A stretch of DNA of 32,000 bases, taken from assembly GCF_000253055.1 (NCBI RefSeq), contig NC_016070.1, positions 300,001-332,000 of the forward strand, written 5' to 3'. Source of the DNA: Thermoproteus tenax Kra 1 (lineage in GTDB: Archaea; Thermoproteota; Thermoprotei; Thermoproteales; Thermoproteaceae). The notes under the pieces were generated by a model. The model searched no databases. It was not told the DNA's origin and was given only the letters and a program-made list of their open reading frames with translations. Of the stretch, positions 1 through 8,659 are shown one piece after another (the first letter of the stretch is position 1; each line of letters opens with the position of its first letter). Both the position numbers and the translations under genes were made by a program.

Positions 1-979
1 GCAATAAGATTATCAGAGGAATGAAGACGGCCATGACTATATCTGTGCCTAGGCCGAAGGGCATATCGGCCATCTTATAGATGAACAAGAAGAACCACGG
101 CGGATAGGCTGGGAAGCCGGCGGCTTGGGGACTCGTCGGCGAGGGACCTGGATACGGCGAGAACAACACAGGCGTGGCGTTGACTATGCCGGGGAGCTGG
201 AGGAATGAGGGCACGAACAATATAATGCCCCAGGTCAAGAACACGATGCCCGTCATAAAGATGAAGTTCCTGGGCCACCACGGCTTTATCCTAGGGTCGT
301 TCCTCTGAAGAACGGCCGGGGCCTTGTAACCCACCTCGGCTGGCTCCGGCGCGAAGCCGTTCTGCTCCGCCAGATAGAAGTGGAGCACGAAGAAAAGTAT
401 GATCGCGGCGGCGAGGATTATATGCCAGCCGAGGAACCTCAGATAGGTCGCAGCGCTTCCGCCTGCGCCGAATATGACGGGTATCAGCCCGCTTAACCCA
501 ATGGACGAAACTACGGCTTTGCCCACATCTACGGCGTCCACCGACAACACATCGCCGGTCAGAGAATAGCCCAGGAAGGCGGTGCCTAGGGTTATGGCAA
601 ATAGCAATACGCCGAGGACCCACTGGGCCCCCCTAGGACGTTTGTAGTTGCCTCGGAAGAACTCGTAGAGGCCGTGTATATAGACGGCGAAGATCATTAT
701 ATATGCTCCATAGAGATGGGAGGGGAGCAGTATTTTGCCGAACGGGATGTTGCCCAAGATGTACATAGTGGACTGATAGGCGCTTGCCGGCTCATAGTAC
801 AACATCAACAACAGCCCTGTTATCGCCTGCCAAATTAGGGCCGATGTAGCTATGGCCCCGAGCCAGTACTCTATGCTGAACATGTAGTCTGGCACCCCCA
901 TAAACGGCACATCTCTGAGGTGGAACACATCGGCGATCCAGTCGGAGATCCTCTCTATCAAGCCGCGCCTCTGGGACAT
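1..979 (-). CDS. Di-haem cytochrome b subunit of a bc-type quinol-oxidising complex (SoxN/SoxC-like). About 326 N-terminal codons are present; the 3' end lies beyond the left window edge.
   Basis: Absent from the ORF track because the frame stays open to position 1. Hand translation from the ATG at 979-977 gives MSQRRGLIERISDWIADVFHLRDVPFMGVPDYMFSIEYWLGAIATSALIWQAITGLLLMLYYEP... Two His-x13-His pairs (HLYGAYIMIFAVYIH and HIILAAAIILFFVLH) fit haem b ligation, and the sequence is hydrophobic throughout. It starts 4 nt after the Rieske gene stop. Track ORFs 75-281 and 291-623 are Arg-rich alternative frames of this gene. Confidence 0.85.
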   Translation of the reverse strand, partial: MSQRRGLIERISDWIADVFHLRDVPFMGVPDYMFSIEYWLGAIATSALIWQAITGLLLMLYYEPASAYQSTMYILGNIPFGKILLPSHLYGAYIMIFAVYIHGLYEFFRGNYKRPRGAQWVLGVLLFAITLGTAFLGYSLTGDVLSVDAVDVGKAVVSSIGLSGLIPVIFGAGGSAATYLRFLGWHIILAAAIILFFVLHFYLAEQNGFAPEPAEVGYKAPAVLQRNDPRIKPWWPRNFIFMTGIVFLTWGIILFVPSFLQLPGIVNATPVLFSPYPGPSPTSPQAAGFPAYPPWFFLFIYKMADMPFGLGTDIVMAVFIPLIILL

Positions 980-982
980 AGC

Positions 983-1768
983 CTATCCAAGCGCAGGGTT
1001 CTGATAGAAGTTGACTACGGTCTGAGTGCCTTTGATCGGAGTGCCTCCCTGCAGATCGCCCACTGGATTGTTCACTACTTCCTGCGTTGGATTAGTGAAG
1101 CCAGGATGGCCGAAGACGACAGGTCCGATCATCCCGACGGCGTATAGCTGGTCCGTTGAGGGATCCCACTGGAGTATCACGGCGGGGAGCGGCGCTACAG
1201 CCGGGCCCGTTATGACGGCTCCGCCCTTGTACGGATCATACGTCGAGCCGTGGCAGTTGCAGTGGAGGACTCTGTCCATAGGGCCCTTGATTGTGATGGC
1301 CTTGCGTCCCGGCGGATAGAAGGTCATCTCGGGGAAGGTACAGCCGGCGTGTTGACATATAGCGCTGTAGGCCACTATGGACTTGTGGGGCCCCACGCCG
1401 CCTGGGAACGTATACGTGGCGCCAGTCTGAGGCACTGTCACTTTGACGGGGGGTACTGCCACCGGATTGTTGTTCTCATCGCCTAGATTTAGCAAGAAGA
1501 CCGGCTCGTTGCTCAAGGGATAGTTGAACATGGCGATCTTCGGCTGGGCGTTCACAGGTATATCCGAGGCCTTGATCGGGTTGCCGTTTTCATCGACCAA
1601 CAACAGCTTGGGGAACTCCGAGATGCTCTCTATAGGCGGCATCAAAAACTCCAGCCCCCTCAAAAGCCCCACGGTGACGCTTAGGCCCGCCAGAAGTATT
1701 ATCCCCTGGAGCAGCCTGCGCCTCGACTCGTCTACGGGCAGACCCTGAGAGGTATTTGTACCCTCCAT
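983..1768 (-). CDS. Rieske [2Fe-2S] protein (SoxL-like) with a twin-arginine signal
   Basis: Rieske boxes CQHAGC and CNCHGS are present. The N-terminus has SRRRLLQG followed by a hydrophobic segment, which is Tat-type. The cytochrome b gene follows directly. Confidence 0.9.
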   Translation of the reverse strand: MEGTNTSQGLPVDESRRRLLQGIILLAGLSVTVGLLRGLEFLMPPIESISEFPKLLLVDENGNPIKASDIPVNAQPKIAMFNYPLSNEPVFLLNLGDENNNPVAVPPVKVTVPQTGATYTFPGGVGPHKSIVAYSAICQHAGCTFPEMTFYPPGRKAITIKGPMDRVLHCNCHGSTYDPYKGGAVITGPAVAPLPAVILQWDPSTDQLYAVGMIGPVVFGHPGFTNPTQEVVNNPVGDLQGGTPIKGTQTVVNFYQNPALG

Positions 1769-1968
1769 TAGCTCTTCTCCTCAATCAAATATTTTTAAAT
1801 ATTTTTCTAAATTAATTAGAAAAAAATGATATAAATATAGAAAAGGTACTTGTCCTATTCTCTTCCTAATCGTTTCCTATTAAATCAGATTAAAATAAAG
1901 ATTTAATTCAAATTTTTCTATTGTTTATCTGGAAATTTTTAAATATCGAATTTACTATATAACATTTT
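1769..1968. promoter_or_regulatory. Strongly AT-rich 200-bp divergent control region between the Rieske/cytochrome b operon and the cbsA-like gene
   Basis: Sharp compositional contrast with the flanking GC-rich genes. A perfect tandem AAATATTTTT AAATATTTTT lies at 1787-1806, and TTTTTAAATAT at about 1936-1947 sits roughly 25 nt upstream of the ATG at 1969. Several TATA-like boxes occur on both strands. Confidence 0.7.
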
Positions 1969-3405
1969 ATGCGGCATAATCCGGGCTCCAAGTTGGGACG
2001 CCACAAGGCGTTGTTGCTCCTGGCGCTCGTGGGCATCGTCGGAGCCCTCTATGTCCTTGCGCCGCTCCCGCTGGCGCAGGCGCCCAGCGGGATAGTGGCG
2101 TATAAGGTAGTCGGAAGCGCCAATTTACGGAGACCTGGCACTGAGAGCTTCTGGCAGAATATACCTTGGTACAACGTGACGTTGGTCCCCAATTTGAACC
2201 AACAGATGATACCTGTGTTGGCCAACGTCCCCACATCGGGCGCCGTGCCGTATCTGATGGTCAAAGCGGCTTGGAACGGGACCGACATAATCATCCTGCT
2301 CAAATGGCCGGACCCCTACGGCCCCAGCTACGCTGGACCTGCATCGATAGCAGGTCCGGGCCACTGGCCTCTAGTGTATAACCCCAACGGACCCCTTAAC
2401 ATGACCTTCCTCCAGCTTTTGACGAGCACATTCCACAAGAAGTACTTCGTTATAAACTCCAGCTACGCTGTTATCAAGGGCTCTCCGAGGCCCATGGAAT
2501 ACGTCCTAGCCTATATGGCTCCGCACTACGGCGTTTACTTCTACGGCTATTACGTAAATCTGACCAGCGGGCACTACTATCCTGACAGAGCGGCTATAAT
2601 GTGGTACATGGGCTCCCAGCAGAGCCCCAGCGACTGTATGAACATAGGAGGCGGACACCCGAACTTCGCCGTGGGAGGCCAGCTGGGCCAGCTAATGCAG
2701 AGCTACCTGGGGAGCAACGTGGAGCCAAACACCGGAGGCTCGTTGAGCTCGGGCGCCGCCGATATATGGGAGTGGATCTCTGGAGCCACGGATCCGAAGG
2801 GCGACAACTTCAACTACTTCACTAATGCGACGTGGGACGTGGAGAACGGAATAAGCCAAGCCGCTGCCGAGCAGTTCGCCGCGGCTCCGCACGGATTCTT
2901 CATACACTTGTTCGCCAATCAGACGGGCTTGTACGACGTTGGCGACGGCGGCATCTGGTACCCCAACGCCACAGGGCCTGAGCCTGGATACTTCAGCGGC
3001 TACACAGGCGCCGTCTACGAGAACGGGTATTGGGTCGTCGAATTTGTGAGATCTCTACAAGCCACTATGCCCGACACAGTGAACTTAGTGCCGGGGCAGA
3101 CGTACGATGTAGCGTTCGCTGTCTGGGCCGGCAAAGCCGGCGAGACCAGCTGGGATAAATCCATATCGCCCTCCTTTATACCTTTGACTATAGCCACGAC
3201 GCCTCCTCCGACGACGACCACGACTGCTACCTCCACGACCACCTCCTCTGCAGCTCCGTCGACTACGTCCGCTCCGCCTACGACCACTGCAGTCTCCGGA
3301 GTGCCGTGGTCTGTTGTAACTGCGGCGATAGCAGGTATAATAATCGCCGTCATCGCCATCGCGATCGTGTTCGTAGCAGTACATAGAAAAGTACAAACGA
3401 AATAG
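1969..3405 (+). CDS. cbsA: Membrane-anchored, probably heavily glycosylated exoprotein, CbsA-like (cytochrome b558/566 subunit A)
   Basis: N-terminal TM or signal segment (ALLLLALVGIVGALYVLA). At least eight N-x-S/T sequons. A Thr/Ser/Pro stalk (TTPPPTTTTTATSTTTSSAAPSTTSAPPTTT) is followed by a C-terminal TM anchor. It is divergently paired with Rieske/cytochrome b and followed by a polytopic membrane protein, as in the Sulfolobus soxLN-cbsAB arrangement. The family assignment comes from architecture and context, not from a search. Confidence 0.55.
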   Translation: MRHNPGSKLGRHKALLLLALVGIVGALYVLAPLPLAQAPSGIVAYKVVGSANLRRPGTESFWQNIPWYNVTLVPNLNQQMIPVLANVPTSGAVPYLMVKAAWNGTDIIILLKWPDPYGPSYAGPASIAGPGHWPLVYNPNGPLNMTFLQLLTSTFHKKYFVINSSYAVIKGSPRPMEYVLAYMAPHYGVYFYGYYVNLTSGHYYPDRAAIMWYMGSQQSPSDCMNIGGGHPNFAVGGQLGQLMQSYLGSNVEPNTGGSLSSGAADIWEWISGATDPKGDNFNYFTNATWDVENGISQAAAEQFAAAPHGFFIHLFANQTGLYDVGDGGIWYPNATGPEPGYFSGYTGAVYENGYWVVEFVRSLQATMPDTVNLVPGQTYDVAFAVWAGKAGETSWDKSISPSFIPLTIATTPPPTTTTTATSTTTSSAAPSTTSAPPTTTAVSGVPWSVVTAAIAGIIIAVIAIAIVFVAVHRKVQTK

Positions 3406-3503
3406 AAATGATTTTTAAAAAAATAAATTATTATTTTTTTATTGTTCTAATTTTTAGTATTCTTTATATTTTACAATATATATTTAGAACTTTTCTGGGA
3501 CCA

Positions 3504-4349
3504 ATGATGCCCTTCCTTCCAAGCGGCGCCGCCGACGTGGCCCCCTTCCTGTTAGTCGGCACCTTCGCTGTGGCGGGTCTGGCCGTAGCCGCCCCGTGGC
3601 TTATATATGAGTCCGATGCCCCCTTGAGGCTTCCAACGTTTGCAATGACCTTGGCCTTGGTCTGGGGCGGCGTACTATTGAGCTTCATATATCCTCGTTA
3701 TACATTCAACCAGATCTGGGTAGCGCTGAACATGGCCTACGCGGCTCTTGCGGCCGGGCTCGCAGTTTGGGCCGCGGCCAGATTGGGGCGCAGAGGCGTC
3801 TATCTGTGGCCCCTCACGGCTCTCGCGACCCTCTCCTCCGCCCTCTATCTGGTCCAAGTGTCGGTGGCATACTTCGGCGTCGCCGTGGGGGCTTGGACTA
3901 TCTATGTGCCCTACGTCATGTTGTATCTAGCTCTGGCAGGCTTGGCGGGGCTTATGGCCATGGCGCTCGCCGGCCTGAGACCCAACTTGAGGATCGCCGT
4001 GGGCTACGCCGCAAGCCTCCTCATCGGGCTGGGCATGGCGATCCCGCTCTACGAGCTCACTGCGTCAAACGCCTTCATGCAACATATAATTGACATGGTC
4101 TTCGCCATGGGGCTCGGCGTTGTGACGACCCCCAGCTCGATACCTCTGGCCGCAGTATTTATGGGCCTCTACGTGGCCGCCCTGCTCATGTTGGCCGTGC
4201 GCTCTGCGGCAGAGGGGCCGTTCTATGGAGGAGCTGCGCTGGCCGGACTGGTCTACGCCACAAGCTCTTTCACCAACCACTCGATCCCCATATACTTCGC
4301 CTCAGTGATAGCGGCCTCCCTCGCGCTAGCGAACCTTGCCGAGTATTAG
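3504..4349 (+). CDS. cbsB: Polytopic hydrophobic membrane protein, CbsB-like
   Basis: The track ORF is 3408-4349. I move the start to the ATG at 3504 (MMPFLPSGAADV...) because 3408-3503 is almost pure AT and resembles a promoter spacer rather than coding DNA. The rest is Ala/Leu/Gly-rich with multiple predicted TM helices. Confidence 0.55.
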   Translation: MMPFLPSGAADVAPFLLVGTFAVAGLAVAAPWLIYESDAPLRLPTFAMTLALVWGGVLLSFIYPRYTFNQIWVALNMAYAALAAGLAVWAAARLGRRGVYLWPLTALATLSSALYLVQVSVAYFGVAVGAWTIYVPYVMLYLALAGLAGLMAMALAGLRPNLRIAVGYAASLLIGLGMAIPLYELTASNAFMQHIIDMVFAMGLGVVTTPSSIPLAAVFMGLYVAALLMLAVRSAAEGPFYGGAALAGLVYATSSFTNHSIPIYFASVIAASLALANLAEY

Positions 4350-4397
4350 TCAAAAATATGACACAAAGAATAAAACCTCTATTTTATTACCGAAATA

Positions 4398-4742
4398 ATG
4401 CAGAATGGAGCCAGGGAGAAGGCCCTAAATAGGGGGGAGGAGTGCCCGTACCACGCGGCCGCCTTGTGGCTTTTCGTGAGCTCCAAGGGCGCGCCCATCC
4501 GTCGGTCCATTATGGCCCTCCTGAGGAAGAGGCCCATGAACGCCAACGAGATAGCTAGCCTCTTGGGCGTGGACTACAGATCGGCAAGACACCATCTTGA
4601 AATATTGGAGAAATACGGCTTCGTCAAAAGGTTGAACAACGACTACGGCGCGCCCTATTTTCTGCCCGACGAGGTCTACAAAAACTGGGACAAGCTAGTG
4701 GACTTGCTCAAAAGCCACGGAGTCGATATTGAGGGCGACTAG
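4398..4742 (+). CDS. ArsR-family winged-helix transcriptional regulator
   Basis: Contains ...IRRSIMALLRKRPMNANEIASLLGVDYRSARHHLEILEKYGFVKRL..., a typical ArsR/SmtB HTH core. The start codon choice is uncertain. Confidence 0.75.
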   Translation: MQNGAREKALNRGEECPYHAAALWLFVSSKGAPIRRSIMALLRKRPMNANEIASLLGVDYRSARHHLEILEKYGFVKRLNNDYGAPYFLPDEVYKNWDKLVDLLKSHGVDIEGD

Positions 4743-5368
4743 ACTCTCTGCGAGGCGCAGGCCGACAGATCTCCGCGGGTCACAGTCTGCCAGAAGGCGC
4801 ACTCGTACGTCTGTATGGCCCTAGCAATGAACCGGTACCTCCCCCAGTCTAGATAACGTTGGGCGATGACCTCGGCTGCCTCTGTGAGCTGTTCGTAGGG
4901 GCCTGCGAACATGTCGAGGAACCTCGTGGACCTAACGCCGAGCTCCCTCGCCTTGGCCGAAAGTATTGCGCAAGCCTCACCCCATACGGGCAGATTCACA
5001 GTCATGGCTACGGCCAAGTCGCCCATGCTGCCGTGTAGAGCCAGCCAGGAGAGGAAATGCGTATAAGCTACGGCGAAGGGGCTCAGGCGCGCCCAGTCGA
5101 GCTGGACTCCGAGCTCCCCCGCTAGGTCTCTCAGAGCTCCGAGGGCTGTGTAGTCTCCGTCGATCAAGCCTTTGACGAAGGCGTACTCGTCGGGCGCAGA
5201 GGCCTTGGCCATCGCGGCCGACAGAGCTTTGAGGTCGTGTGGGACGATGTAGAGCTGATTGACGACGAAGGCCTTGAGCGCCTCTGCGTCGGCCCTCTTG
5301 GCCGCCTCCAGCGCCGCCGCGTTCAGAGGCCTCAGCTCCTCCCTCAGAGTCTCGATTACGCGGGCCAT
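4739..5368 (-). CDS. TenA/PqqC-like (haem-oxygenase-fold) protein, a paralog lacking the TenA active-site Cys
   Basis: All-helical with TenA-like length. The region NLPVWGEAC aligns with LLPCFWTY of the upstream paralog but has Val in place of Cys. It overlaps the upstream gene by 13 nt. Confidence 0.55.
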   Translation of the reverse strand: MARVIETLREELRPLNAAALEAAKRADAEALKAFVVNQLYIVPHDLKALSAAMAKASAPDEYAFVKGLIDGDYTALGALRDLAGELGVQLDWARLSPFAVAYTHFLSWLALHGSMGDLAVAMTVNLPVWGEACAILSAKARELGVRSTRFLDMFAGPYEQLTEAAEVIAQRYLDWGRYRFIARAIQTYECAFWQTVTRGDLSACASQRV

Positions 5369-6009
5369 GACTCCCCCGAGTGAGCCGCCTCCCAGAACAT
5401 CAGCTCGTACACTGAGGCGGTTCTGAAGGGCCCGGCGACCTCCTCCAGACGCGGCGAGAGGGACTCCAAGAGCTCTCTGAGCCTCCTCACTAGCGCCTTG
5501 TACTCAGAGCTCAGATAGACCGAGGCCCACCTCTTGTACAGCGGGACGGGATTGGAGGCAAGCAGCCCGGCGTGTCTCTCAGCTATGGCCTCGTAGGTCC
5601 AAAAACAGGGCAGAAGGGCGGAGAGACACTGGGCGAAGGAGCCGAGGGAGCAGACCGAGGAGAGATAGGACATATATGCGACGTTGGTGGGGTTGGGCCT
5701 AGTCCTTATCGCGTCCTCGAGAGTGAGCCCGAGCTCCCTCAAGAGGGACTCGTAGTTGGCCATCTCGCCGGTCAGCTCTCCGTGCGCCAGCTCCAACATA
5801 GCCTTCATGGAGGCCACGTCGGGCGCCCTCGCGGCCGCGAGCGCCAGAGCTCGGGCGAAGCCCACCAAGTAGTTGTAGTCCTGGAGGAGGTAGCCTTTGA
5901 ATTTCTCGAGGGGCAGATCGCCTCTATACAGCGAGACGACGAAGGGGTGCTCCAGTATGGCCCTCCAGACATCCTCGGAGCTCTCCCTAAGTCTCTCCGT
6001 CAGAGACAT
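5356..6009 (-). CDS. tenA: Thiaminase II / aminopyrimidine aminohydrolase (TenA)
   Basis: Contains WRAILEHPFVVSLYRGDLPLEKFKGYLLQDYNYL and LLPCFWTYEAI, i.e. the TenA N-terminal signature and the catalytic Cys context. Confidence 0.8.
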   Translation of the reverse strand: MSLTERLRESSEDVWRAILEHPFVVSLYRGDLPLEKFKGYLLQDYNYLVGFARALALAAARAPDVASMKAMLELAHGELTGEMANYESLLRELGLTLEDAIRTRPNPTNVAYMSYLSSVCSLGSFAQCLSALLPCFWTYEAIAERHAGLLASNPVPLYKRWASVYLSSEYKALVRRLRELLESLSPRLEEVAGPFRTASVYELMFWEAAHSGESWPA

Positions 6010-6031
6010 AAAACTTATTGGAAATAGATTA

Positions 6032-8222
6032 TTAAGTTTTGAGTGCTCTGTACAACTCCTCGGGCCTCACAGGGGTGGACCTCAGCCTTATCCTTCTGCC
6101 CGAGGCCCTCCTCACAGCGTCTTCAACGGCCCTTATAGTGGCGGCGGCCGCCGATATGGTGGGCGCCTCTCCGACGCCCTTAGTGCCCGTTGGATGCGCC
6201 GAGGCGTGGGGGGCCTCTGGGAAGAAGTTCTCGTAGCGCGGCGCCTCGACAGCCTTGGGGATGTGGTAGAAGGCGAAGTTGGGCGTAACGAGATTGCCGT
6301 CTTGGTCGTATACAGCCTCCTCGTAGAGCACCTGCGAGATCCCTTGGAGCGCGCCGCCGTGTATCTGCCCCGCTACGAGGAGCGGGTTTACCACAACGCC
6401 AATATCGTCGTAGGACTTGAACAACAGAGGTCTGACCAGCCCTGTCTCCGGGTCCAGCTCTACGGCAACGACGGCGACGCCGTAGGGGAACGTGGCCTTG
6501 GCCTTGTATACCTCCAGCGCCTCCACTTGGGCCTTGACCTTTCCGCGGTAGACGGCCTCCACAAGATCTCCCAACGATATGCTTTTGTCGCCCGACTTGA
6601 AGACTCCGCCTGCGTACTCGGCGGGTCCGCCCAAGAGCTCCTCCGCAGCCCTCTTCAGCTCCGCCAACAGCCTCCTCGCGGGCGAGGATCGCTGCGGAGC
6701 CTCCCGCCGTCAGAGATCTGCTGCCGTCTGTGCCCAAGCCGTCGGGCACAGCGTCTGTATCGCCCCACACGACCCTCACCTTCTCTATGGGCAACTGCAG
6801 CTCGTCTGCGACCAGCTGGGCGATACCTGTGGCGTCCCCCTGGCCGTGAGGCGCTATGCCCACGGCCACCGTTATGCTCCCGTCGCGCTCCGCTCTGACT
6901 TTGGCCACCTCGTGGCCGTATGTGGTGATCTCCACGTAGAACGCAGCGCCTACGCCTATGTATCTCCCGCGCTTGGCCTCCTCCTCGGCCCATTTGACTA
7001 TCTCCCTATAGCCCAGTCTCTCCAGCCCTTTCTCCAGAGCCGCGATATACTCGCCTGAGTCGTACTCGAGGCCGAAGGGGTTTCTATAGGGGGCCCTCTC
7101 CACCAGGTTCCTCCTCCTCACCTCGATCGGATCCAGCCCGGTCTCGTCGGCTATCAGATCCATTATACGCTCTATGAAGAAAGTGGCCTCCGGCCTGCCG
7201 GCGCCTCTGTAGGGCCCGAGGGGCGGCTTGTTGGTCAAAACGGACACTGCCTCCAAGTCCAAGTCGGCGACTTTGTAGGCCGCGGGCAACATTGTGGCAG
7301 CTGTCGAGGCCAAGTCCAGAGCGAACCAGTCGTAGGCGCCTGCGTCGGCTATCACGACGCCGGCTATCGCCTTGAGGACGCCGTCCTTAGTGAAGCCGGC
7401 CTTGTATCTGAGTATCAGCCCTCTGCCGTGCGTCGACATTCTGAAGTCCTCAGAGCGCGTCGCCACCCATTTGACAGGCCTCCTCAGAGCCATGGCGGCC
7501 GCGGCCACGTTGACCTCCTCTGGATACACCTGTATCTTGGAGCCGAAGGCCCCGCCGACGTCTGGCTGCACCACCCTTATTGAGGACATAGGTATATCGA
7601 GGGCCCTGGCCAGCTCCCTTCTGACCACGTGGGGCTTCTGAGTCGAGTCGTAGACCAGTAGGTTTGCGCCGTCGTACGCCGCCAGCACTCCGTGGGGCTC
7701 CATGGGCGAGGGGACCACGCGGTCTACGTAGAGCTCCTCCTCAACTACTCTATCGGAGCTCTCCAGCGCTCTGCGCGCGTCGCCAGCAGTGTACCTCTCT
7801 CTTCTCGCCACGTTTGTGCCCCGCTCCTCGTCTATGATCGGGGCGCCTGGCTCCATGGCCCTCCTCGGGTCCAACACGGCCGGCAACGGCTCGTAGTCCA
7901 CGACCACCCTCTCCAGCGCGTCGTATAGCAGATATCTGTCGGTTGCCACGACCATGGCCACGGCCTCGCCCTGGTATCTGACCTTGCCGCCGGGGGCCAG
8001 GACGAAGGGCCTCCCGGCGGAAGGAGTAAAGACTGCGACGACTCCGGGCATCGCCAGAGCATCGGCCGCATCAACGCGCCTTACCCTGGCGTGGGCGTAG
8101 GGGGACCTCACGAAGCCTGCGTAGAGCTGGCCGGGGAGCTCTATGTCGTCGAGGTACCTCGCGCCGCCGTACAACAGTCTGTAGTCCTCCAGCCTCGGCA
8201 GAGGTCTGCCTACGTAGTTCAT
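6032..8222 (-). pseudogene. Molybdopterin-dependent hydroxylase large subunit (CutA/CoxL form-II-like aldehyde/xanthine-family oxidoreductase), interrupted by a 1-nt frameshift near 6680-6683
   Basis: Track ORF 6180-8222 reads as a family member up to ...SRSLTAGGSAAILA and then turns into Arg-rich nonsense. Track ORF 6032-6667, one frame over, continues ...(A)RRLLAELKRAAEELLG...TKGVGEAPTI...PEELYRALKT. The GPYRGAGRPE loop (about 7195-7225) is the AYRGAGR type, not the AYxCSFR loop of true CO dehydrogenases. Confidence 0.8.
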
Positions 8223-8659
8223 ACCGACTTCACCGCCTCAACTATGTTCTGATAGCCGGTGCATCTACACAGGACGCCGCTTATGGCCTCCCTTATCTCC
8301 TCCTCAGACGGCCTCGGGTTGGACTTAAGGAGCGCATAGGCCGATGTCAACATGCCCGAGGTGCAGAAGCCGCACTGGAGGGCGTGGCGTTGGTGGAAGG
8401 CCTCCTTCAGTTTGGTCATGAGCTCGTCGTTGTAGTCGGCCGTGATTATCTCTCCGCCGTCGGCCTGCACGGCGAGAATATTGCAGCTCTTCACAGGCAG
8501 CCCGTTCATCAACACTGTGCAAGCCCCGCAGTTGCCTGTGTCGCAGCCCACTCTCACGCTCTTTATGCCCAAATCGTCCCTCAAGAAGTGCACTAGGAGC
8601 TTCCTGGGCTCTACGTCCCGCTCGTACCAGACCCCGTTGACTTTGACTCTGACCCTCAT
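8219..8659 (-). CDS. Mo-hydroxylase small subunit with two [2Fe-2S] clusters (CutC/CoxS-like)
   Basis: Contains GCDTGNCGACTVLMNG, CGFCTSGM and CRCTGY motifs. It has 4-nt overlaps with both neighbouring genes. Confidence 0.9.
   Translation of the reverse strand: MRVRVKVNGVWYERDVEPRKLLVHFLRDDLGIKSVRVGCDTGNCGACTVLMNGLPVKSCNILAVQADGGEIITADYNDELMTKLKEAFHQRHALQCGFCTSGMLTSAYALLKSNPRPSEEEIREAISGVLCRCTGYQNIVEAVKSV

Noticed and set aside
75-623. Track ORFs 75-281 (-) and 291-623 (-)
   Set aside because: They are Arg/Pro-rich alternative frames of the cytochrome b gene. The real frame is open from 979 to the window edge and carries the haem-ligand His pairs.
5897-6898. Long antisense or alternative-frame ORFs: 5897-6898 (+), 9489-10220 (-), 10582-11358 (+), 14630-15544 (-), 19364-19894 (-), 19776-20369 (-), 20681-21397 (+) and 30895-31596 (+)
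   Set aside because: Their Arg/Gly/Pro/Ala-dominated composition is typical of non-coding frames in GC-rich DNA. Each overlaps a gene with clear family motifs or lies in a gap with no start context.
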